Part shown: in pieces, positions 12,209-27,199 of the stretch
Layout of the letters: the number at the start of each line of letters is the position of its first letter
Position numbering within the stretch: the stretch's first letter is position 1
Assembly (NCBI GenBank): GCA_964016885.1
Contig: OZ024740.1
Coordinates: 358,546,001 to 358,610,000 of the forward strand
Source: Eledone cirrhosa
Taxonomy: Eukaryota
Length of the DNA: 64,000 bases
Direction of reading: 5' to 3'
Program-made: the position numbers and the translations under genes
Notes under the pieces: model-generated
Databases searched by the model: none
Told to the model about the DNA's origin: nothing
What the model saw: the letters and a program-made list of their open reading frames with translations, nothing else

Positions 12209-12932
12209 TAATTAGTACATCTACCAACATATGTGTACAGATGTACACCCATGCTAGCAAATATATATGTTATGTCTTAGTACCTTTGTGGTTCTATGCA
12301 GGGGGATGCAGAACAATTATATGAAAGACGTAAAATAAGAAAATTTAAAAAATTAAAAATCAACTTACTTACTAAAATTTTCACTCCAACTAATTAGTTT
12401 CTGTAAGGGGATAAATATAGTTACATAATATAACTATAGAGAATTCCTTACGTCATCAGGGAGTCTATTCTCAGCTAAGTTCCCAGGCGATGCGCGGACA
12501 CTAGGAACCCATATAAAAATAATAATTCAGTGGATGGGATAAAGCTAGCGAGGACTAAATTCCAGAGCACTGAAAAAATTCACTGTCTCTGGTCAGTGGC
12601 AGATTCTAAAGAATCAATCACGTGACACTGAGGTTAATCAGTTAGGAGCGGGGTGGTATTATAGAACCACAAAGTTACTAAGACATAACATATATATTTG
12701 CTAGCATGGGTGTACATCTGTACACATATGTTGGTAGATGTACTAATTCTCTATCTTTATCTCCAAATTATTTGTTGAGCAAAACTTGCCAAAATTTACT
12801 GCTGATTCATGGTAGTAGTAGGCTCTTGTCATAATATCACCCCGCTCCTAACTGATTAACCTCAGTGTCACGTGATTGATTCTTTAGAATCTGCCACTGA
12901 CCAGAGGCAGTGAATTTTTTCAGTGCTCTGGA
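12206..12932 (-). mobile_element. Non-coding PLE-type pseudo-LTR with double inversion
   Basis: 12210-12297 inverted at 12661-12748; 12561-12662 inverted at 12831-12932; contains an HHR. Confidence 0.7.
12383..12464 (-). ncRNA. Type I hammerhead ribozyme
   Basis: ACTCC-CTGATGA-C GTAAGG..TATAGTTA/TAACTATA..CCTTAC A-GAAA-CTAATTAG-TT-GGAGT. Confidence 0.85.
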
Positions 12933-13269
12933 TAAATATGTATATACACATGTACCGCGTGGTTAAACCACTGGGAGTGAAGGACCCCTAGCCTTTGGCA
13001 GGGCATTCTTCTAGAAGGCAACTCAGGAAACTGCGATACCTCCGATATAAAACCTGCGGCTCAGTAGTTACCGATGATGTTGATCTTTTCTTCTTTTCGG
13101 GTTATAGCTACTGTCGCTCAGTGATTGGGATTGGCTCAGTGCACAGTCTTTCCTCACCTTAAAATATATCTTCACGCCCAAGCATTCCACGATAGAATTA
13201 ATTAATAATTATTAATAATGGTATATCGTGCAATGGCCATACTCTATAACGAGGGGGCAGCCATCATAT

Positions 13270-13753
<484 letters not shown>

Positions 13754-14203
13754 TTGTACACACACAAGAGGCAATGGTTTCCTGAACTCATGTTGCTGAA
13801 TGTTCATCGAGAGTTATGAACCTTGAAATCCTTCACTTGCTCCTTTGGGATATTTGCATGATATAACATTTTTCAAACAAATACTAAAGTTTGTAATGTG
13901 CTAAGGCTGTTGCTTTCACAAATTTGTAGAAAAAATTCAAGAAACCTTTTGTGTTTTTACATCCTTGATTTCTGTTCTTATATTTTAAAATCAATAAAAA
14001 TTATTGAACTTCAGATTCAATTTCTATGAGTATTCTTCTGTATGTTTCATTTTTCTGTATTAGGGGTCTCAAAAATGGTCGATATCAACCCGTGGAGGGA
14101 GTATTAAAGGGCTTAATAAATAGGTGTCAAAATGTTTTTAACGGGTGATAAACGTTAGGGGTCGGTTCAACTTTGGAGTCGTACGCTGACATTCGTATAA
14201 GAA

Positions 14204-14283
14204 ATAATTGTTTCTACTTTTGGCACAAGGTCAGCAATTACCCAGTACATTACTGGTACTTTATTTTTATCGACCCCGTAAGA
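14204..14283 (-). mobile_element. 5'-truncated SINE
   Basis: 3' part of the 2435 family. Confidence 0.8.
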
Positions 14284-14428
14284 ATTAATGTAATAATGTT
14301 ACAAATATCCAAACCCGATTAATACTAATAGACTTTCAAGTCAAAATAGGACTATTTAAATCTTCATTGGCACGTAAAGACTTTTAATATTTTTCAAACT
14401 TACACCGATTGAAAGATGAAAACATTTC

Positions 14429-14551
<123 letters not shown>

Positions 14552-14618
14552 CAAGGTTTAGCAAATAAGAAAAAGTTTTAAAATAAATTTTAAAAAGTTT
14601 ACTGTACCTGCTATAATT

Positions 14619-14702
14619 ACCCTTACCGCGCAGTTTCAAGTCTCAAAATAAATGGATAATCCATGCAGAAATTCATTGAGAAGAAGACTTTCGTCAGAGG
14701 GT
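14619..14702 (-). ncRNA. Type I hammerhead ribozyme
   Basis: ACCCT-CTGACGA-AAGTCT..AGACTT-GAAA-CTGCGCGG-TA-AGGGT; covaries with the copy at 46923. Confidence 0.85.
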
Positions 14703-14777
14703 TCTTCTCACTCGGAGAATATAAAATTCCCGAGTTCAAATCACGAACTGGCGCCATACAGAACTGTTCCCAGATGA

Positions 14778-14840
<63 letters not shown>

Positions 14841-14960
14841 GTATATATCGACAGTCGATCGACTTTCGTCAAATCGGATTGAGGAAACAATGTTTCCATT
14901 GGTCTTTCCAATTGATAATACTCTCTATCGGTCGAAACTCCAGGTATATATATAAATATA

Positions 14961-15018
<58 letters not shown>

Positions 15019-15096
15019 CATATATATATTTATATATATACCTGGAGTATATACGTCAGACATATATATATATATATATACCTGGAGTATATAGGA

Positions 15097-15266
15097 CAGA
15101 CATGCCAAACTGAGGGTCCCCCGAGGGCCACATGGGTCACATATGTGTTGTCTGACAACTAATTGCTCACATTACAACTATTTTTTAAAATGTTATATTA
15201 CGAAGATAAAAACCTTCACGCGGGCCGCCGGTGCGCTTGTAAAGGGCTGCATGTTTGATATGCCTG
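15097..15266. mobile_element. hAT-like MITE
   Basis: Imperfect TIRs CAGACATGCCAAAC / GTTTGATATGCCTG with similar 8-bp flanks ATATAGGA / GTATAGGG. Confidence 0.5.
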
Positions 15267-16735
15267 GTATAGGGACCTGAGAATTTCAGCTTGTCCGTCT
15301 GCGTGGCATCGTCTGTCTGTGACGAAACTCTTTCGACACTATCACAGTAAACAGTTTTTCATTTTTGTTACTTTATATTTCATGAGACATATTCATAGGG
15401 GTAGCGGATACAGAACAACAATTTTACAGGGCATGGTATGTAGTTTCCCATACTCATGTATATTGAAAGCGGTGCTTGCTATGCAGATTCCCGCACATAT
15501 TTGTAAAAATAAAATCAATATGTTTTTGTGTTTTTACATCCTTGGTTTCTCTTCTATTACTTTAACATGAAAACTGCACATCTACATAATTATTGTTAAT
15601 TTACTTTTTTGTACATGCTTAGTTTGATGAGGGATTAAAGATTCCATGAAGTGGTCGATGGTCTAAGAAGTTTGGAGACCTCTGTTGTAAGTGATATGAT
15701 GTCCATTTAAGCAATTTGAAGCCCTTTGCTCTTTGCTTCAATATACCGTTTCTGTCACTGATTATTATATTTATTTGAGTCTGTTTTTTTTCTTCTCAGG
15801 AACACATTTACTAGATATAGCTTGTATTCTTGACACAAATTGCTTCAGTTTCTCGCGATTATTTGCATAGAGAATATTTTCAAGGTGTTTTATCAATGGC
15901 TAGAAATAATTGGAGGTTTCACCTGCATAACATGCCCGAGTTCCATGATATTTGAGTGGTACTATGTAGAATACTATTATTCTATTTAAGATCCCGCTGA
16001 GGTTAAATTCACATATTGGAAAATGAGAGGAAAGACACCAGTATAAAATGTGATATCTATTAACTATGAAATTAGCATAATTTGTTGAAAATTCCAACCG
16101 AATTCTACTAAAAGAAACCGTTCGTACCACTCACAGTCATTCTATTGTCAATTGAAACAGTATATCATCAGACTAATATTGCACAACATGTTATCTAGCC
16201 CTACGTTCTGAGTTATTAATCTTTGCAAATTCATTTTCTATCTTTTCACTTTCCTGTACACCAGTAACATATCTGGGTAATATCAGCATTTTCTGTTATG
16301 TTTCAGTATATTCCTGTTTGGGATTCCGGCACTGACTGAAGCTATGCTAGAGAACTGACTTTAATTAATTTTGTCGATCACATTGACTTCAATATTTATT
16401 TCAGTGTGATATTTATGTTATCGACTACTCTTATTAAACAGCATAGTCGTCTGTTGGCGAAATATGATGCAATTCAACATGCGTTTAATACAAATGTAGA
16501 CGCAGACAAACAAATACGTCTTCAACATTTCATTGGCTAGATTTTGGTTAAGCTGAGGATTCATGAAAACCTCCTTACTCAAGGTGTTGCGCAATGAGGA
16601 TGAACTTTGAACATATGACTAGGAGGCGAACTTCGTAATCACAAATCTATACCTGCGCCTGTGTCTGCACATATTTCATGCGCTCCACACATTCTATTCT
16701 TATTATGAAATAATCTCATTATTTCTTAAATTATA

Positions 16736-16925
16736 GGGCGGTGGATTGGCAGTATCGGTAGAGGGTCGGACGCCATGCTTTCCAGCATAGTTACGTTCCT
16801 TTACGATCTAAGTTCAAATCCCGCCGAGGTTGACTTTGCCTTTCATCCTTACGGGGTCGATAAAATAAAGTACCAGTAATGTACTGGGTAATTGCTGGCC
16901 TTGTGCCTAAATTAGAAACAATTAT
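16736..16925 (+). mobile_element. tRNA-derived SINE
   Basis: Full-length family copy; duplication ATTATTTCTTAAATTATA. Confidence 0.9.
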
Positions 16926-17010
16926 TTCTTAAATTATATTACCCATTTCCGTAGACATTAAAATAATAATAGTTATATTTCACGACGTTTTGTAGAAAGT
17001 AGATAACTAA

Positions 17011-17197
17011 GGGCGGTGAATTGACAGTAGCGGTAGAGGGTCGGACATGCTTTCCAGCATAGTTACGTCTCTTTACGATCTGAGTTCAAATCCGGCCGAG
17101 GTTAACTTTGCCTTTCATTCTTACGGGGTCGATAAAATAAAGTACCAGTAATGTACTGGTAATTGCTGGCCTTGTGCCTAAAATAGAAACAATTATT
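17011..17197 (+). mobile_element. tRNA-derived SINE
   Basis: Full-length family copy. Confidence 0.9.
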
Positions 17198-18603
17198 AAT
17201 CATATATAAACGCAAACCTCCACGCTAGTTCTAGAAACTGTTTTCTAACAGCGCATCACATTATTTGTCTTCTAATTGTTATTTCTTATGAAATACTCAC
17301 AATTCTTTACTGTTTGACTAATGCGTAATTTATGTTTTATGTTGATTTGTAAATAATTCGCTGGTTCTTTATGCAGTTGCTACTGTGGATCGCTAAAGAT
17401 CATTACTGCTTTCATAATTATGTACTTAACTGCCACTTTATAGACATCATATTGACAGGCTATCGATGTCCATGATATTAAGGTTATGTTTTTTTTCTTT
17501 AGATTTCTCTTTATAGTGTTCCAAAAATCTAGGATATATTAACACGATTCCTTTCACGTTGCTTCAAAGGGGAATCAGGATAATATTCCCGAACCTGCCT
17601 AACTAACTTTTGACCTCCACTTTTATAGTTCAGCGTCAATGCATTGGTTTCATTGCCTTGTACAATTTTTATATTATAACCATTAACACTGATGCTTCCT
17701 TTGTGTGTTGTCATAGCGCTTGGTTGGTATAGCACTTCTATTCTTTTGATGTTTATCTTGACACCATTGTGTTTAGATACAGAATGCATCCACGATCTCT
17801 TGTAGGTGTTGTAATGAATGAAAGATTGTTATTTGCATGCAGTGGGTTTTCTTTCTTCTTAAATCTATACAATACAGAGTATATATCACGCATTATAGAG
17901 GACGATAATGAATAAATTATTATTTGCATTTACATGCCACCGGAAAGGAGATCTCATGACTTGATTACGCTACTTATCCGGGAACAATACCTTTAAATTT
18001 AAATTCTCTCTGTACGCTCGTTGATTAATTATTTTGCTGATGTTCTGCAAGAAACAGAATTTTACAGTGGCTTAACATGGAAAATGTAATTAACTGGTAT
18101 ACTGAAAATGTCAGACAAAGTGTTTCAGAATACTTACTTTACTGAAGGACGTAGAGTTGAATATTCAAATATGTGAATGTTTTTCTAAAGAGCACCAAGA
18201 AAAATAGTTGACATTTCACCAGTGTTTAGAAATTATTGATGTTCATGCATCGCAGATTCTGTTAAAATATATTCTTACTTTAAATACAAAAACAAACAAA
18301 AAAAAAACAAAAAAAACAGACGAAAACAATATGGATTATCTGCCATGGAGACAAACGAAGTAGTCTAGGTAGTCATTAAAGTTTGACAAAATAAATAGAT
18401 TTCTTCTCCAGACGTTATCAGCATGAAAAATAAAAGTTCATTTACTGTGAAGATATTTAATGCAAAAAAGCATAAAAAAGCCAACTAAAAATATTTATCG
18501 GGCGAAGAAAAAATATTTGCAGTAATTGATTAATATAGCTTTAAATATTTTATTAGTGCGCTCAACAATATTGAACACGTTACGCTCATATTATTATTAT
18601 TAT

Positions 18604-18800
18604 GGTGGATTGGCAGTATCGGTAGAGGGTCGGACGCCATGCTTTGACGCATAGAGTTACGGCCCTTGTCATTCTGAGTTCAAATCCCGCCGAGGTTAAC
18701 TTTGCCTTTCATCCTTATGGGGTCGATAAAATAAAGTACCAGTAATACACTGGGTGATTGCTGGCCTTGTGCCAAAAGTAGAAACAATTATTATTATTAT
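18604..18800 (+). mobile_element. tRNA-derived SINE
   Basis: Near full-length family copy. Confidence 0.9.
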
Positions 18801-18854
18801 TTGAAACATATACTTTGCCGAAGTAGTGATGGGAGAATCATTATATAAACGCAC

Positions 18855-19020
18855 AATAATAATTGTTTGTACTTTTGGCACAAGGCCAGCAATTACCCAG
18901 TACATTACTGGTACTTTATTTTATCGACCTCATAAGGATGAAAGGCAAAGTTAACCTCGGCGGGATTTGAACTCAGAATATAAAGGGACGTAACTATTCT
19001 GGAAAGCATGTCCGATACTG
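18855..19020 (-). mobile_element. tRNA-derived SINE, inverted relative to 18604
   Basis: Family copy with a deleted head. Confidence 0.85.
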
Positions 19021-19313
19021 GTACATTAGTCGGTCTAGGAAACTATCAACAATATGGTTGTGAAAATGAAATGTGCCCCAGGAGAGCGTTCAGCATTTGG
19101 AATTGCCTCCCGTAGATTTTGCTTCTAGATTTCTAAATATCCCTCGTGGAAACTTCTGTCTACTAAATCATAGTTAATTTCAGCAATCGAAGATCTTCAA
19201 CTCAGTATATTACAATATATGAGAATATACCATATGTTTAGTTACTAGAGAGAACACCTCCTCAGCCACGTTTTCATTTGGATGATCAACGTCATTAATT
19301 TCTCTATATACAC

Positions 19314-19314
<1 letters not shown>

Positions 19315-19353
<39 letters not shown>

Positions 19354-19363
19354 GACGACGACG

Positions 19364-19394
<31 letters not shown>

Positions 19395-19997
19395 CTTCTT
19401 CTTCTTCTTCTTCTTCTTCTTCTTCTTCTTCTTCTTCTTCTTGTGAGGGTCATGGGAACAGACTCCTCAAACACCCCTTCAAGTAGGTCCTGTCAGAAGG
19501 AACCATCTCCAACTGATCGGCTGTCTCTCCAAGTGAGATCAGCCAAGGTCATAGATGTTATCCAACCATCTTGCTCGGGGTATACCTCTAGGTCTCCTGC
19601 CGGTTGGCTTTGTGCGTCTTCTGATTACCGGATGTTGAAGCGCATCACTGCACCAGCTCCTGCAATTTTTATACTTAATTCAGCCTCCTGCTTCCATCAC
19701 TCGTGAATATGGGCCCGATATTCTTGAACTTCTCTACCCGCTTCAGCGGAACTCCATTTACATGTAGAGTGCACACCGCAGGCTTCCTTGAGAGGACGAG
19801 TGTCTCAATTTTCGCAGCACTGATTTTCATTGCAGTCATGCAGCATTCGACATCAAACCTAACAAGAGCAAGTCGAAGATCACTTTCTCTCGAATTAAGT
19901 AACACTATGTCGTTTGCAAATTCCAGCCGACTGATTTTACACCCGCCATTCATGATATCACTTCCAATCCGGCTGTGCATGTCAATCCTGTTCATAT
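19315..19997 (-). mobile_element. RTE-clade LINE 3' fragment with (GAA)n tail
   Basis: LEFANDIVLL..MKISAAKIETLVL..LKRVEKFK; (CTT)n on the plus strand. Confidence 0.75.
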
Positions 19998-22020
19998 AAT
20001 GAGGTCTAATAAGATAAAAACGTTGTTTTCACCAATTGGTTTTAGAGTCAAAATGCACTCTTATTCGTATTAAGATTATTTGGTTATTTTTTTTGCTTTT
20101 TGCTCTTAGATTTTAAACACAACTAGAGACAGTTTTTGTTTAGTAAGTTCATAGTTAATTCTCTATATTATATGTGTTATATGCGCTTAGAAAACTATAG
20201 TTGTTTAGAAAAGTACAGTATCATTTTACATAGTTTGTAGCAAGTCTTAAGAGAAACTCTAGAGGTTCATTTATATCACTGAAAATGTTTTATATTTACT
20301 TAAAAAAATGAATGATATGAACGCATTTTCTTACCGTGTTTTATTTTATTGAAAGAAATGATAAGCTTCAGTATTGTTTACTTTCGTGTTTACATTTATG
20401 TATTTATGAAATACGAAATCAGAAATTTACACCATCAATTCCAATTATATGTCACACTTCATTATATCTTTCTTTTCATTCTTATTTTCATAAACTGTTT
20501 AAGAACATTTTCAAATCTTTCTAATGAAAAATAGAAAAATATATATTTCTGAGCATTCATTTTATTGAAATTACTACAAATGTAAATACAGGAAAAATCT
20601 GTTCAACTTCAACTGATAAATTGTCAGATATTAAAGTGTTCAATATTGATTAGAATTAAATTCATTTTTAACCACTCGGCGCTAAGAAATCTCCTAACCG
20701 TACATTAATTCGGTTAAGGAGTTTGCTTTTCAACCATGTGGTTTTGGGTTCAGTCTCAGAGCGTGGCACTTTGGGCAAATGTTTTGTACTAAAGATTTGT
20801 ACTAAAAATTCACATACCAATTAGGAACTAAACGATATTGTATACCATATAAGCTGTCAAGTAGAATCACGTATAAATCTCCATAAATCTTATACAGGCG
20901 CGGAGCATAGGTGAAAGGTTATATCAGTCTTTGTCAGTTATTTTTATTTCATGGTAGGTATACTGGGGATCAAATAAAACACAAACACAAAAATATGTAC
21001 TTCACATATAATGTTCAAAGTATTATGTTTTAAAGTAACGAAATTGGGTGTTAAACATCAAATATCGGAAACTGATGCATTTCTTAAGTAGAAATAGCTA
21101 TCGAGTAAAGCTTATAAATCCAGGATAGTATCTTACAACGGTTGCGTGCTCGGTATGACACTTTCCATTTCTTTCAACGAAAGTAGTGCCGAAACTATTG
21201 TATTTTAGTCCTTTGTTTCATTTCACCGATGTCAAAAGATGGATTCTGACATCCAAGGGTCTTCATACACTAAGCTCATGCTTTCACTGTGGAGATGCTA
21301 CTGATTTACTCGAGAGATTACACCATTTTGCACCTCTGATTCCGATGCTATTTTACACCATGGCTTCCCCACTTTTCTCTATCACACGGAACAGCGTCTC
21401 ACCTTTTTCACTTGGATATTCTTTTCTATCTAGTATTAGTAGTGTAGGGATGTCTACCTAACTGCACCCCAACATCCTCTCCTTTTACACTCTACCACAA
21501 CTCGCCCTTAAAATGTACAACCTGTCACAATACACCACACACCAGATATAACAGATACACCAGATACATTACTATACACTAATAATATCAGTAACCACAT
21601 ACACCAATCAATATATAGATAGAATATATCTCATACACAAACATCAGCACATAATTGTACTTACTAACTTCACATATATTCATAACTCCACAAACACACA
21701 CAACTGTACTCAAACTTTTACTGTTAATTTGATCTCTTCTGTACATTTCTCTACACACAAGTCAACTCCCCTTTCTCTTACCTTTCCATCTCCTCTAGCT
21801 CCCTTTCCTCCATTTCTGTCTATTTCACTCTCTTTCTATACCAGTTCTCAACGCCATCTAATTCACCAATCCCACTCCATCCATCTACTTGATCCTAATG
21901 CCATCTAGTTAGTTTGTCTACTTTCGGTCTAATGGTAAAATACGAAAGATATCTGTTCTCCAGCTTAGTATCTTTCGAACAATTTTCTTACTTCATTCTA
22001 ATCTCTTTTTCCCTCATTCT

Positions 22021-22053
22021 ACTTCGATAAAAGGTCTAACCCGAAACGTCAGT
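22021..22053 (+). ncRNA. Degenerate minimal HHR downstream of a decayed PLE end (~21200-21450)
   Basis: ACT-TCGATAA-AAGGTCTAACCC-GAAA-CG-TC-AGT. Confidence 0.4.
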
Positions 22054-22619
22054 TCCTTTGCTCTTCTTCTATTCCGCCTAAATATTTTCATTGTACACTG
22101 TTTCTTTCATTTTTTTTTTCACTTTTATTTTGTTCAAAGGATTGCTTCTAGTTCTCTCCGTGTAGTTCCACTTAGCAAGCAGTTGGCTATTTAGATGGAG
22201 GTATCTTCTACAAATGTTGCATTTTGAGTTCAAATAATTATTATTTGGGGACGATAAACCTTGTAATATTCTAATTTTCTCACTTAGACAGAGACAACAT
22301 CTTTTGGTGTAAGAACTGGATCTTTCAAGTATCCTCCAAGTAATCTTATGTGGGACTCTTTTCTCCTTTAATTGCCAGACCTTTTTTTGCCAGGACTGTA
22401 CTGGTTCTCATATCAGGATTCCTAAAGGAGTGAAGATGCGAGAAAAAACGTTGCTTAAAGCGGCCTTGCACCATACCGACGTATCTTTCGCTAACTTCAG
22501 AATTTTCTGTGGTGTTGTGTGTAATCTATGCCTCATACACAACGGATATGTTATTAAATTTCTGTTGAAGAGGGCAGTTCTCTTTAATCCTACAAGAGCT
22601 TCTTGACTTAACGTCGGGT

Positions 22620-23242
22620 ATATTATTTGTAGCATTTTTTGATATCATAGACGGGACACATGACGGAATTGCGATTGAATATTTTACCGTATCTATGTGG
22701 TGTTGGAAAACCTCTATCTTTTAAATCTAAAAAATTCTTACCTACCTTAGTCATTACCTTAAGGGAAAAGTCCGGTTCGAACCAGATAATGTTTTTTTTT
22801 CTGTTAGCATTTTTAGTATGGTTAGGTTGGAAATTATTGTGCGTGTACTTAATTCTGTCCTTAAACCCACTACCTAGGAGGGCTTGGTTGTAGTAAGGCA
22901 CAGTTTTATCAAAGGTCTCCCTGTTTGCTGATAGATTTAAAATCCTATACCTAATATTAGAAACTAAGCAAAGATTGGCATGAGGCTTTATTAATATGTC
23001 TCAATACTTCGTTAGGCTTACGGAACCCGGTCATTGAAATGATCATAGTATAATAAACTTTTCAAGGATTTACACCAGTCCAGCCTCTTGATATTTTATT
23101 TATAATAATTAACTCCGTATTATCACCACCAACTACACAAACGAAGACGGGTGAATTGCACTACGTTGAGCACTCTCCATAATATTACATCAATATTGAC
23201 CATCCGGAATGACCAATTCTATCCAGTGGTGAACCAACAAAC

Positions 23243-23250
<8 letters not shown>
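22620..23250 (-). mobile_element. PLE remnant with inverted pseudo-LTR (23022-23250)
   Basis: PYYNQALLGSGF..RKKNIIWFEPDFS..KIFNRN; the inverted part matches 45208-45430. Confidence 0.75.
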
Positions 23251-23280
<30 letters not shown>

Positions 23281-23286
<6 letters not shown>

Positions 23287-25205
23287 AAGTATGACCCCGA
23301 CGGCAGAGCTCAAGCCGTTTCGACGGCTATTTCTGGACTAAATTAAAATTTTTAGCCTGGTGAATAAATAGCCGAACTTGTCAAGGGGGTACTTCCTTAT
23401 ATGGGAAGATTGTAGTTGTCAAGAGGATTGGTTAAAATTTGTTGTAAACACAAATAAGTCTATCATGGCATTTGGTGGGAGGTAGGGTGGCTGAACTTGC
23501 CTGTAGAACAATAGGGGTCTGAGTGGAGCGGTCAAGCGTTGAAAGTGATATGTATACAGCAGATTCTAAGGATAGTGTATGAAGTGAAGGAGGGAGGTTA
23601 TAGAATAGGTAAATCGAATGAGAGTAGGAGACAATAAAAGATAATAGAAAAAAAATATATATATAGTGAGAAATGAATAAAAAAATCACAATGCTATCTT
23701 ACAATTACAGGTTAATAAGTTGAGAATAGAAAAAACTTGTAGAAATTGAGTAGTACCAAAACTGATACAAAATTAAAGGGGTTTAACACGTCTGCTATAA
23801 GAGTTAGTAAAACGTATTCGGCCAATTCTATCTTAAAATAACAGGGGTGAGGGAACTGATGCTACAGAGGCCCGATGGGCTGCATCGGGGTAGGCGAAAG
23901 GGGAAAAGCAGACGAGGAAGAAAATAGGGGGTGGAAAAAAGTGATAGGATGAGACAGGGAGAAGAAGAAGACAAAGAGGAAAAGAAAAGAGATACATCTA
24001 CCTAAGTAAGCTGGGGTTTCCCTAACATATTCGGCAAATGGGGGGTATCAGTCCTTGTCTACCCACCCGGGTCATTATGGGGTTTGAGGGCGAGGTAAGT
24101 CCTACCCAATCTGTGTTTGCATGCGGTTACCAGTTCGTCTTTCTTGTTTAGGAGTTGGTCCTTCGAAAACAGCATTTGTAATGTTTCCTCCGAGCATAAG
24201 TTACACGGACGGCGTCCTCCCGTGTAAGAGTTAGCTCTGGACAGTAAGCTCCAAGTGAGATTGTAGGTTATATTATTATCTTGGAGGTCCCAGATGTGGC
24301 CCGAAAGTGTAGTGGCATGTCGCCGGACCGGGTTTCGGAAAGTATGTCGGTGTTGGTAGAGCTGTCTCTTGAAGTCACACGCGGTTAATCCTATATAAGC
24401 TTTGTTGGAGGTGTCCGTCCTCACGTTACACTGGTAGATCACGTTACGTTCTTGGCATTTGTTGTTGAGGGGGGAACGTAGATCTATCAGGGCAGTTACA
24501 CCTCCTGACCCGCTCTCCACTGATATCTAGGTTATTTCTTCCATAGGGGTTGAGTTTTTTTGTTGTTTGAGGAGACGATGTTTTGTGCGAAGTTACGTGT
24601 GGTGCTGTAGGAGAGTTTGATGGTGTTTTTGTTGATTATGTTGTGGTAGCGGTGTTGTAGTGGGAAGTGTTTTTCGAGGAGTCTAAAGAAGATTTTCCGA
24701 ATAGGTGTTGCCACCTCGGCATTATGGGGAGGATTGAACCACGTTACGTTGCGTGAGCGGCGGCGTCGCCTGCTGGTTCCGCTAAGGGAAGCTGGATAAA
24801 AGGATATTTCCTCCCGGAAGCCACTCCGCTTGAGAGCCTGGTTGTAATGAGGCGCGTGTTCGTCGAATATCTGCTCATTAGCGGAGAAACGAGATATGCG
24901 GAGGGAGATGTTTTTAGCTAGGTTATTGGTAATGTTTCTAGGATGGTTAGAGCGGCGGTGGATGTAGTGCAGGTTGTCGTTTGGTTTCCTGTATGGGTAG
25001 TACAGATCATTTTCGACGTTAGGTGTAACGTCCAGGAAATTGACTCGGGTTAAAAATTCTAATTTAGTCCAGAAATACCCGTCTAAACGGCTTGAGCACT
25101 GCCGTCGGGGTCATACTTTTTCCTATTTTTAACTCTACTACCCTAAGTTTTGAGTACTCTGGTGCGTTATGGTCCATCTGGTTCCTTACCACAATTCCTT
25201 TGTTA
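23281..25205 (-). mobile_element. PLE family B, 5'-truncated, with inverted pseudo-LTR (25048-25205)
   Basis: RT end through GIY-YIG (VIYQC..AYIGLT..FKRQLYQHRHTF..CNLC), frameshifted; bounded by (TA)n. Confidence 0.9.
23295..23388 (-). ncRNA. Hammerhead ribozyme, U3-A8 core variant
   Basis: CCCC-TTGACAA-GTTCGGCTATTT..AAATAGCCGTC-GAAA-CGGC(N9)GCCG-TC-GGGG. Confidence 0.75.
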
Positions 25206-25242
25206 TATATATATACATATACATACATATATATATAAGTAT

Positions 25243-25273
<31 letters not shown>

Positions 25274-25733
25274 CTTATAAAAGGAAAAGGAAAAAAAAAT
25301 GCGGACAAATTTTTCCCAGTGAAAAATAGTTTAATTAGTAATAAGTATTGGTTAGTATTCAGTTTTATATTAAAGTTTTTACCGGTTGCGCATTTCTAAT
25401 GCTTTTCAAAAATAATTTTGAGATAGAACGCTCCTGATGTTTGCTCTATCACAACTCGTGTATTACACCTCTATTTTTTTAAATATAAATATATATATAT
25501 ATTGTTAAACTTTGGGAGAGTCATGTTGCCAATGAGAAACACACGCACCAGTTGCTTTCACTCCAGTTGATTATAAATTAAATTTATAAATTTAAGAATT
25601 TATAAATTTATAAATTTATAAATTTCCCAAAGCATAACAATATCGGTTTCAACACACGTTTTCAGATAGAGAATCTTGCTAAACAAATTCAGAAACGAAA
25701 TATATATATATATATAAATATATAAATATATAA

Positions 25734-25810
<77 letters not shown>

Positions 25811-25822
25811 GTTATATATATA

Positions 25823-25862
<40 letters not shown>

Positions 25863-25986
25863 TATATATATATATATATAAATATATATATATAAATATA
25901 TATTTACTTCATATATATATATAAATATATAATTACTTCATTTACACACATATATATATATATATACTTATATATATACTTATATA

Positions 25987-26031
<45 letters not shown>

Positions 26032-26087
26032 GACCATAAATATACAAATATACGATAAAAAGTAGTATATATATTTATTCATCGTGT

Positions 26088-26175
<88 letters not shown>

Positions 26176-26242
26176 GTGTGTGTGTGTATATGTATATATA
26201 TATATATACACATACACACACACACACACACACAGACATATG

Positions 26243-26284
<42 letters not shown>

Positions 26285-27199
26285 CACGATGAATAAATAT
26301 ATTTACTACTTTTTATCGTATATTTATGGTCTGAATTTTCGATGTATAGTACCTTCTTTTCATCTTATGTATAATATTGTTGACATTAGTGTAGAAATAT
26401 CGGTAAAGAATGAAAGATCAGTTTATCGAATTGAGCTCTTGGGAAACAGCTATTATTAAAAAATTTACATTAATCACTGATAATATTGACGATGTGAAAT
26501 AATAAAATATTTTTCTTTTCCGCAAATCAACATCATCTGAACTCTGTTATCCAAACATAAACAAAATAAATTGTTTTCAATATGTTTACCATCGGCAACG
26601 TAAGTTATAAAACTTTTAAAAATATATATTTTAAATTTCTCCACATCCTCACTAAATGCAAAGAAATACAAGAATAGACATATTAATGTCATTTATGATA
26701 TTTTTTTTAATGAAAGGATGCACATACTGGGATGTGTTTTGCTTCTCTTCACATTTTATTTTTATTGCTGTTATTTAGTAATGTTTGAATTAGTTGATCT
26801 ATAACCAAATCCGTGATTATGCCACCAATTCATAGGTTTGATGGACTATATATCACATGCTTTTGAGGCTGGCAAATAACGCACCAGACCAGTACGGGGG
26901 GAGAATCTTCCTCTTTATTTCTTTTTCATTTCGTTCTCGTGTGTGTATGTGTATGTGTATCTTATTCTGTGTGTGTATGTGTATGTGCCTTTGGAGAGGA
27001 CTGAACTCTTTACACTCGTTCTCGTTTAAAATGTTCATTGATATAATCCGGCACTTTACCACTCAATCACTTTGACAGTTCAATTTTCATAGTTTTTTTA
27101 AAGTGACACCGTAAATATTTATCTTTGATTTCCTTATGGTTTTATGTGCTCCATCCTTAATACGGATTTACTTATATATATTATATACTTGAATACTCG

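Noticed and set aside
14845-14950. Possible hammerhead (GATCGA/TCGGTC-GAAA-CTCCAGG-TA)
   Set aside because: No acceptable CUGANGA-like core at the required spacing
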